The position numbers and the translations under genes were made by a program. Below, in pieces: positions 55,561-64,000 of a DNA stretch of 64,000 nt. Source of the DNA: Mytilus trossulus (taxonomy: Eukaryota); contig NC_086376.1 of the NCBI RefSeq assembly GCF_036588685.1, positions 60,078,001-60,142,000 of the forward strand, in the 5' to 3' direction. The notes under the pieces were generated by a model. That model was not told the DNA's origin. It saw only the letters and a program-made list of their open reading frames with translations, and made no database searches. How positions within the stretch are numbered: position 1 is the stretch's first letter; each line of letters starts with the position of its first letter.

Positions 55561-55658
55561 GTGCACCATTTTTAAACTACGATTCTTTGACCATTACTTC
55601 TATAAAAGGAAAGCACGTTGTATTACCCTGTGTCGTCAAAAACTTAGGATTTTCTAGT
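55561..55658 (+). CDS. Lachesin/IgLON/DIP-like gene: Ig1, first half
   Basis: tttgtag acceptor; (G)APFLNYDSLTITSIKGKHVVLPCVVKNLGFSS; GTAAGT donor; phases 1 to 0. Confidence 0.87.
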
Positions 55659-56262
55659 GTAAGTAAAATTTTGTTCAAGTAATTATAAAGATTATCTAGT
55701 GTAAAAAACTTATGATTTTCTAGTGAGGTAAAATTTTGTACATTGTTTGTTATAACTAAAACTTTTTCTAGGTAAGTAAAACGTAGGATCTTGTAGTTTG
55801 AGTATATACATTAAGATGTTTTCTAGTGCAACATTGTCTAGTGTAAGAATAAAATAGGATGTCTTAGTATAAGTTTGGCATTTGATTTCATTTAAAGCCA
55901 GACTAAGTATTTTATTAAGTAAGGATATACATGTTCTCACAATGAAGTGTACAACGGTTGGCTTTCTTGAACTAAACTAATTTGATACGAAGAAAATAAA
56001 AAATATAAACAAGCCAAATATATAAGCAATTAAAACACCGAAAAATATTTGACGATCTTTCAGCACTGCAGTGTTTCTGTTGTTTCGTTTCCGGTTATAG
56101 CTGATGTGTTTACCTCAGTTTTAGTTTGTAACCCAGATTTGATTTCTGTCAATCAATTTATGACTTACGAACAGCGGTATACTACTGCTGCCTTTATTTG
56201 ATATATAATGCTGATTAAGACAAATATTATATTCGTATCTATGTGATGAAATTCCTTTTCAG

Positions 56263-56464
56263 ATTATATGGTTTTCACCGAGCGGTGGTGCTATAGCTAA
56301 AGACACCCATCTGTATTCACAAGATGATAGAATCTCTGTACAACATCCTTACAAAACAGACTATAATTTAGTAATAGACAACATCCGGGAATCTGACGCT
56401 GGGATATACATATGTATGGTGTTAGGTGGACAATCAGAGAAACATGTCACTTTAAAAGTACAAT
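56263..56464 (+). CDS. Lachesin/IgLON-like: Ig1, second half
   Basis: IIWFSPSGGAIAKDTHLYSQDDRISVQHPYKTDYNLVIDNIRESDAGIYICMVLGGQSEKHVTLKVQ; phases 0 to 1. Confidence 0.9.
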
Positions 56465-56825
56465 GTATGTACTATGTCAAAATGGCAAAAAATATAAACT
56501 ATTGCAATTTGTGGTCAGCGATAGAGAACAAACATGTATAATGCTAATTCTCTATGAAACTAGTATATCAATGACATAGTACTTCCATGGATAGTTGATA
56601 ATCAGCCTAAAGGTTTCCAACAGGTTTTCTATGTTAACTCAGTCAAGTTAACCTACACATTAATTTTTCCAGGATTTCATGTTTTCGCATGTTTCCTATT
56701 GTTTTTAGAATTCGAATTGAGATCTTTGGTCAACTTTTCGCTAGATATTTACACGTAAGGAAGACTGAACAGTCATTTCTAACTCATGCAATAAACTGTA
56801 TTTTTATTTTGCAAAACAAATTTAG

Positions 56826-56984
56826 CACCACCAACGCTGGACGTACAAAGATCTACACCAAATCTTAAAATAGTAATGGAAGGGGATACGTTATCATTAA
56901 CATGTGCAGCTACAGGGAAACCGGAACCTGTAATCAGCTGGTACAGAACTGTAGAAACAGATTCACCCGAGCAGACAAAAGAAG
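56826..56984 (+). CDS. Lachesin/IgLON-like: Ig2, first half
   Basis: (S)PPTLDVQRSTPNLKIVMEGDTLSLTCAATGKPEPVISWYRTVETDSPEQTKE; phases 1 to 1. Confidence 0.9.
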
Positions 56985-57340
56985 GTATCTATGATATGAA
57001 GGACGAGACAAAATCCCATTAAACAAACCATCGAAAAAACCTGGTGCAAAACTAAATTTATGAAACAATTTTGTTAAGTTTTATTTCATCGGTTACGATT
57101 CGTCCCCGAGGGTATCACCAGCCCAGTAGTCAGCACTTCGGTGTTGACATGAATATCAATTATATGGTCATTTTTGATAAATTTTCTGTTTACAAAACTT
57201 TGAAATTTTCGAAAAACTAAGGATTTTCTTACCCCAGGAGTAGATTACCTTAGCCGTATTTGGCACAACTTTTTGGAATTTTGGGTCCTCAATGCTCTTC
57301 AACTTTGTATTTGTTTTGATTTTTTACTATTTTGATCGGA

Positions 57341-57384
57341 GCGTCACTGATGAGTCTTATGTAGACGAAACGCGCGTCTGGCGT
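57341..57384 (+). ncRNA. Type I hammerhead ribozyme 1
   Basis: gcguca-CUGAUGA-gucu-uaugu-agac-GAA-acgcgcgu-C/-uggcgu; GUC triplet, predicted cut after 57378; palindromic stem III. Confidence 0.88.
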
Positions 57385-57696
57385 ATAAAATTATAATCCT
57401 GGTACATTTGATAACTATTTACACCACTGGGTCGATGCCACTTCTGGTGGACGATTCGTCCCCGAGGGTATCACCAGCCCAGTAGTCAGCACTTCGGTGT
57501 TGACATGAATATCAATTATATGGTCATTTTTGATAAATTTTCTGTTTACAAAACTTTGAATTTTTCGAAAAACTAAGGATTTTCTTACCCCAGGAGTAGA
57601 TTACCTTAGCCGTATTTGGCACAACTTTTTGGAATTTTGGGTCCTCAATGCTCTTCAACTTTGTATTTGTTTTGATTTTTTACTATTTTGATCGGA

Positions 57697-57740
57697 GCGT
57701 CACTGATGAGTCTTATGTTGACGAAACGCGCGTCTGGCGT
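57697..57740 (+). ncRNA. Type I hammerhead ribozyme 2
   Basis: Same core; stem II guc/gac. Confidence 0.85.
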
Positions 57741-58052
57741 ATAAAATTATAATCCTGGTACATTTGATAACTATTTACACCACTGGGTCGATGCCACTGC
57801 TGGTGGACGATTCGTCCCCGAGGGTATCACCAGCCCAGTAGTCAGCACTTCGGTGTTGACATGAATATCAATTATATGGTCATTTTTGATAAATTTTCTG
57901 TTTACAAAACTTTGAATTTTTCGAAAAACTAAGGATTTTCTTAGCCCAGAAGTAGATTACCTTAGCCGTATTTGGCACAACTTTTTGGAATTTTGGGTCC
58001 TCAATGCTCTTCAACTTTGTATTTGTTTTGATTTTTTACTATTTTGATAGGA

Positions 58053-58096
58053 GCGTCACTGATGAGTCCTATGTAGACGAAACGCGCGTCTGGCGT
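58053..58096 (+). ncRNA. Type I hammerhead ribozyme 3
   Basis: Same core; stem II guc/gac. Confidence 0.85.
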
Positions 58097-59243
58097 ATAA
58101 AATTATAATCCTGGTACATTTGATAACTATTTACAGCGAACTTTTAGTACTTGTGACCACAATTCAAGTGGTGTCATTACTTTTTGCCATGACGTTGTCA
58201 GTTCGTCTTCGGCGTATGAGTTTGAATATCCCTTTGGTAACGTCCGGCTTACATTAACAATTCTAAATTTCAAGCGAATTTTATTTTCATTCCATTAAAT
58301 GAGGCGTTAAGGATAAAAGACAATCACTGAGATGTATCTACATCTTACTATTTAAACGCAGCTTAATTAAAAAAATAGATTTCTTTATAGTATTTAACAA
58401 AAAAAGGATTCTGAAAAAAAAATGATATCTTTAAAAGAAGATATGAAAGTGCAAACTTACTTATCTTTATTTAGAATCTAATTTGTTTATGTTTTCAAAA
58501 CAAAACCAGAAAAAGAACACATAAACATGATAAAACTCAACGGTTTAAAAATACACTCACTTTGCTTGATTGTTAAGTTCTTAGATTGATTGTAAAATTC
58601 TTGAATTGATTGTAAAATTCTTATCTTTACGGCTATTCTATGTAGTTTACAATGTGATAAAGATATCAAAGGCATTTAAAATTATCTTTTGTTAAGTAAT
58701 GATTGAATAAGGAAATTTTAAAGGTCAGAAAATAAAACGAAACATTTGATATCACTTTCTTTTCTAAAAACCATAAAGTTTATATATTTTTTGCATTAAT
58801 GTAATTGTTCCGACAGGTATGATGATTTAATCGAGTTAATCTCATCCGAAAAAATTGACAGTGATAAAAGAAACTTTGGCACGATAAGACTTCTATCTTC
58901 CAATGAAGAAAAAAAATATTTCTGTTATATATTATACAAACAAGAGGCTTACTGCAGTAACTCCATTATCTCCTGTAACGGCATTTAATTGAAGTGATAG
59001 TTATGTTAGTTCTGTTGACTTTGGTACAATTTCTTACAAAGACAAACTCATCTTACAAGATTTCCATAAAAGGGATTGTTTCTTTCATAGAAACATTCCA
59101 ACAAATTGTTCTTACGGTTAATTGATATAAAAGTAAAGAGATGGGGTATAATTGCCAATAAGACACACATCAGAAAAAGTTAAATGAAATAGATGTAGGC
59201 TTACGGACACCATCCTGATTAAGTTGGCCATTAAGAAAAAGTA

Positions 59244-59424
59244 CGGTCAAACCTGTTTAAGAGACCACATATATTATGCAAAAAAACTGTGTTATAAGAC
59301 CATTGATTTTAGGTCCCTCTGTGGTGCATTTTACGGAGATTAAACCTATATTAAAGGACCACCTGTCTTAAGAAATCACTTTTTAGCTCTCCCTTAGTTG
59401 GTCTCTTAAAAACAGGTTTCACTG
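59244..59424. mobile_element. ~180-bp Tc1/mariner(pogo)-type MITE
   Basis: Imperfect TIRs cggtcaaacctgtttaagagacc / ggtctcttaaaaacaggtttcactg; TA on the left, TT on the right. Confidence 0.6.
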
Positions 59425-59871
59425 TTCTCCTGTCACAGATGACAATAAATATGTTTCTTTCGTCGTAGCCAATATTCCTTCCTCTAATCCTCGCAATTAC
59501 ACCTCCGAATATCATGTAACCATTCGAAGTTGGAACGTCAGATCAGATTTTTATTGCACACGACATATCATAGATAGTTTTTTAGTGTTAATGTTTTGAA
59601 ATCTACATTTTTATGGATATAAACAAAAACTAGACTTTCTTTTTAACATATTTTCACGTCGTAATGAAATTGGTTCTCTTGCATCTAAGAAGTGTGTAAT
59701 TTGTTTTACGTTCGTTGTGTAATTAATAATAATTGATATTTTTAGATCTTGCTATAACATGTTCAATAGTATCCATAAAGGATGTACATTTAAATGTATG
59801 TTTTTCGCGCCTGAAGTTTTGTCAAATTGCAAGAAATTGGTCATTCATTATGTAATTATGTCTATTTCAAG

Positions 59872-60000
59872 ATCTTGGAACGACTGGTACGGTTTTATCA
59901 ATAAATGATATTGCCCGAGAAGCGGCTGGATCTTATGAATGTGTGGCATCTAACAATTTACCACCAAATGTATCCAGAGAAATTATAGTAACTGTTCATT
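59872..60000 (+). CDS. Lachesin/IgLON-like: Ig2, second half
   Basis: (D)LGTTGTVLSINDIAREAAGSYECVASNNLPPNVSREIIVTVH; GxYECxAxN motif; GTAAGT donor; phases 1 to 1. Confidence 0.88.
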
Positions 60001-60458
60001 GTAAGTACATGCACATCGATATCGATCCCTGAGTAACTTTTAGTTTCATAAAAGTGCACCACGTTTATTTGAGCCGCATCAGATACCTGATTACAGTTAA
60101 TCTGAGAGTGACTTGTTTAACCTATTTTACATATTATAAAATAACTTGTTTACCTTTTTTATATATTATAGAGTTACTTGTTTTACCTATTTAACAAATC
60201 AAAACTGAAATTTGTAAATCTCTTAAAAGATGTTTAAAAGCCCTGCCGCTATAATCAATTCGTTTTTCAGTTTGAATCATTTTTATGATTTCACTTAACC
60301 AAACAAAGAACAAGAAAGTGTAATCAGCTGTTTTTTTTTATGTCAACGAATCAGAATTAGGATATAGCATGCGAATTTATACCACACTTCGACAAATAGA
60401 TGATCTTCGAACTATAAAGCTGACTTAAAAAAGTATATAACGTTAAAATCAGAGAACA

Positions 60459-60770
60459 TAAAATTGAGAAAGGAAAAGGTGAATGTGTCAAAGCGACAAC
60501 AACCCGACCATAGAGCAGAAAACAGCCGAAGTCCACCTATGGGTCTTCAATGTAGCGAGAATTCCCTCACCCGTAGGTGTCCTGCAGCTGGCCCCTAAAA
60601 AATATGTATACTAGTACAGTGATAATGGACGTCATACTAAACTCCGAATTTATAAAAACAGCTTAAATTTAAAACATACAAGACTAACAAAGGCCAGAAG
60701 CTCCTGACTAGGGACAGGCGCAAAATTGCGGCGGGGTTAAATATGTTTATTGGATCTCAACCCTCCCCGC
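60459..60770 (-). mobile_element. SINE-like repeat, antisense copy
   Basis: Reverse complement of the 22410-22620 family, extended further. Confidence 0.65.
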
Positions 60771-61126
60771 ATATCATATTTATTGGCAGGGTAAACTTGT
60801 ACTTTTGTGATCTTAGATTTATAAGAAAGTGTACTATAGAACTCGAATAGAAGTATACAATACCATATCCATACTGAAACAGCATAACTCGAATATGGAC
60901 AGATAAAATTATGGCCATAAGAAAACAAAAAAGGCATAATGGTTTACTTTTTTAAAGTTGTTATTTTGATGGAGAGTTGTTTCATTGGCACTCACAGCAC
61001 ATCTTCCTGTATCTATTTAAAAGTCAAAGGCATTCAAATGTACTTCAGAATCAATTACTGATTTAGTGGCACGAACTTGTCTTGAGAAAAGCTTTATTCC
61101 ACGTTTGTCTTTTCTCTTAATTTTTA

Positions 61127-61320
61127 TCATTGACATTTCTTTCTGCCATTTTGTAGATGAACCTCAGATATACCACAAGAAGGACTAAGTGTCATTGATA
61201 TTTCTTTTCACCGTTTTGTAGATAAACCTCAGATATACCATAGGATGACCAAGTGTCATTCACATTTCTTTTCAACATTTTGTAGATAAACCACAGATAT
61301 ACCCCCAGAATGACCAAGTA
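61127..61320 (+). repeat. Tandem triplication (65/64 bp) of the Ig3 exon acceptor region
   Basis: tcatt..atttcttt...ttttgtagat.aacc.cagatatacc..a..a.gac.aagt at 61127, 61192 and 61256. Confidence 0.9.
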
Positions 61321-61585
61321 ACGAAGAAACCTGGTAAGACTGTTATATTCGAATGTGTTGCAGAGGGGTATCCCCTTCCTCAGGTTGTATGGAGGAGAAA
61401 TGGAAACATCATATCCAGAACCGAACCGTCGAACAAATTTAGACAGGATGTATATGAAGATAAAGATTCAATAATTTTGTCTCTACGAATCAATTACCTT
61501 GACGATAATGATTTTGGTACCTACACTTGTGAAGCAGAAAATAAATATGGATCATCAGCACACGATTATACCTTGGAAAAGACAG
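61286..61585 (+). CDS. Lachesin/IgLON-like: Ig3 (gene continues beyond the window)
   Basis: (Y)KPQIYPQNDQVTKKPGKTVIFECVAEGYPLPQVVWRRNG...LRINYLDDNDFGTYTCEAENKYGSSAHDYTLEKT; donor G|GTAATT. Confidence 0.92.
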
Positions 61586-61661
61586 GTAATTTCATTGTAG
61601 TATGCACATAACCAGACAAGGATGGGGCCAGACATATGGCTTCATAGTATATGACTGGGTT

Positions 61662-64000
61662 AACTTACTTACTAACTACCATCGGCCTTGTACGCCATTG
61701 GCGTGTAGGGCAGAAACGAAGATTTTTCACTTTTGTCGTTCATTGGCAGTTTTCTGTAGTGTGTCCAATCTGTTGATGTTTACAAGCCTCTGTCGCTACA
61801 GTTCTCCTCCATGTCATTAAAGGTCTTCCTCTGTTTCTTTTACTTTCTGGAGTCAAGTGGAGTGCTTCCTTTGTGTTATCCTCTTAGTCTTTCCGTGGTA
61901 TATGTCCAATCCACCACCTCTGTCTTCTCATTATAGTTGTAACTATACCTTCTTGTTGGCATCCATGTCAAGTTGGCTATAGTTTGAAGAAAATTTATGG
62001 CCATAAGGTTCGAAAAATCCTTCTGAGACTTTTGTGTGGACAGCTTAAACCAACCATTTTTTTACTTAAAATGTCCTGAAACAAGTCCGGAAAATGGCCA
62101 TTGTTATATTATAGTTCGTTTCTGTGTGTGTTACATTTTAATGTTGTGCTTCTGTTTGGTGCGTTTCCCTCAGTTTTTGTTTGTAACCCGGATTCGTTTT
62201 TCTCTCAATCGATTTTATGAATTTCGAACAGCGGTAAACAACTGTTGCCTTTTTATTTTGGTCTTGGTTTGTCATCCTCCAACATTCTGAATCATACAAA
62301 AGTACAGCCAAGAAAAAACTGATGATAAGTTTTAGTTAGGTCCGAATGATATATTGATCAGATCTCCATACAGCCTGCAAGTTGTTAAGATCTGGCGTTG
62401 CATTTGATAGTTGTCTTTAAAACTCAGATTCTGCTCCGCCATTAATAAGAACAGTTCTGCCAAGGTATGTAAGGGTATCAAAATATGGTAATGTTTTTCC
62501 ATCTTGTAAAATGACCCTGGGTTGTTTACGATTAGCGTCATGATTTCAGTTTATTTAAGTTGATTGTCAGCTCCATCTGTCCTGAATATTTTTGTAGTTC
62601 TGAGGTCTTATCTTGAATGTGTTGGTGTGTCTTATACATTAGTGCTAGGTCTGAAGGAACATCTAGATCTTCCAAAGTGGTGAAGGTGCCCCCTCTTGGT
62701 GTTTCAGCAGTTTTTTGTCTCATTATCCAGTCTATGAATATGATAAAGAGTGTCGATGAAATGGCACACCCACGTCTGACTCCTGTTTATATATACTTGA
62801 AAGTAAATATCACTGTATTACACCTTGCATCTGAATATGTTGTAGAATGCTTTTATGAGGTTTATAAGATGTTGTAGAATGCCATATGATCGTAATATTT
62901 TCTGAAGACTGTTCATGTGGATCCTGTCAAACACTTTCTCAAAGACGACAAAATTTATATACAGCTGCCGTTGCCATTCTGTGCATTGTTTTATAATATT
63001 TCTTAAAGTAGACATTTGCTCTCTGCAATCTGTCCCTTGGGCGAAAACCTGCTTTTTTCACAGTAGGTTATCACTGGAGTCTACAATTTGTCTTATAATA
63101 AATTTTGCCATGGATTTACTTGGGATGGAGAGTTGTGTAATGTCACGCCAGTTGTTACAATCATTAAGTGCTCCCTTTTTTGGTATTTTGATTATAGAGC
63201 CATTATTTCAGACGTATGTTATCTGTACCTTTTTCGAGATGTCTTTACAGATATATAGAGCAGGATGGCAGATAAGCCCAATATATTTTAAACAGTTCAG
63301 CATTCAGAAGGTCTTTTCCATTTTTTAAACTTTTAATGACAGATATTATCTCTGCATTTCAAGTGGTTCTATGGTGATTTCAATTTCATTATTATTTTCT
63401 GCTATAATAGGGAGTTATATTGTCGTTGGTCTATGTAGTTTCTTACTGGAATCTTCTGTCTATCTCTTTGTTGATCATTTTGGGATGTTAACAAATTTAT
63501 TTACTAGCTTGTCTTTTACAGGAATATTATACAATGCTGTAATTTTTCCTGAAATAATTCGATGATTTTATATACGTTTCCTTGCTCGCCTTTGCTAGCC
63601 GCTTCTACTGCATTTTTAGCAACACTATCCATGTAAGTTATCTTGTCATTTCGTACCATTCTAAATGACTATTGACTTTTCTGTGTATTTGACTGTATTC
63701 ACGATGGTATCTTCCCTTAAGACATTGTGATTTTGCCTCATTCAATTTCTTTTTTGTATATCTTGCGATGATAATACTGTTCCGTATTCTAGGTGTTATC
63801 AAATCTTTCTGTTTCTGTTTCTGTTAGAATCTTTTGAACTTTAGTAAATATTTCAGAGATTTTATCCCACTATCATCGATTGTTTCTGTGTCTTATTCGT
63901 CATTTAAGTTTTCTAAAAAGTTGGTTTCTATTTCTAATCAAGGTTGTATATTCTTTTCGTGCATTGCTTTCTTACAACTTTTCAATGTCAAACTGTTTCA
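61662..64000 (-). mobile_element. Decayed RTE-clade non-LTR retrotransposon (RT and 3' end), interrupted by a repeat at ~62043-62260
   Basis: Minus strand: GALNDCNNWRDITQLSIPSK, AGFRP, TLRNIIKQCTEWQRQLYINFVVFEKVFD, GVRRGCAIS, LEDLDVPSDLAL (decayed YADD); short (TAAG)n-like tail near 61662-61672. Confidence 0.85.

Larger units (their letters stand above)
57095..58135 (+). repeat. ~2.9 tandem 356-bp units, each with a type I hammerhead (retrozyme-like array)
   Basis: Units start at 57095, 57451 and 57807 and are nearly identical. Confidence 0.92.

Noticed and set aside
51457-56464. Apparent frameshift between the Kringle exon (phase 1) and the Ig exon at 56263 (phase 0)
   Set aside because: Resolved by exon 55561-55658 (phase 1 to 0), which is missing from the ORF track.
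57423-57520. HDV-like ribozyme in the shared repeat domain
   Set aside because: No P1.1 GG after the putative P1 3' strand and no P2 partner after the UUCG hairpin.
43678-61585. Calling the locus an ordinary ROR or MuSK gene
   Set aside because: No TM or kinase exon follows the Kringle, and the extra Ig domains come after the CRD/Kringle and look Lachesin/IgLON-like, whereas MuSK has its Ig domains N-terminal.

Overview
AT-rich animal genomic DNA with long introns; the repeat content looks bivalve/Mytilus-like (inference). Most ORF-track entries are noise or exon/TE fragments, so I assembled the genes by hand from GT-AG exons. (1) A complete 5-exon, 520-aa secreted carboxylesterase/cholinesterase-fold gene (+, 8286-20565) whose nucleophile Ser is replaced by Gly (GQGAG). 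(2) A + strand Lachesin/IgLON/DIP-like three-Ig gene: probable signal exon 23859-23910, Ig exons 55561-61585, 3' end beyond the window. Its first intron holds eight intact exons encoding a ROR ectodomain (Ig-Frizzled CRD-Kringle, 43678-51561) with no transmembrane or kinase exon. This ROR block is bracketed by two direct ~1.95-kb copies of a DINE-1/Helentron-type element, is strongly CpG-depleted relative to both flanks, and is phase 1-1 symmetric (1086 nt), so it can splice in frame into the host gene. It is a candidate TE-mediated exon-shuffling event giving SP-Ig-CRD-Kringle-Ig-Ig-Ig; an assembly mis-join is not excluded. The window also has two tandem arrays (350-bp and 356-bp units) carrying type I hammerhead ribozymes (retrozyme-like) that share a covarying RNA structure, plus Penelope-like, CR1-like and RTE-like relics, several MITEs, SINE-like repeats and minisatellites.
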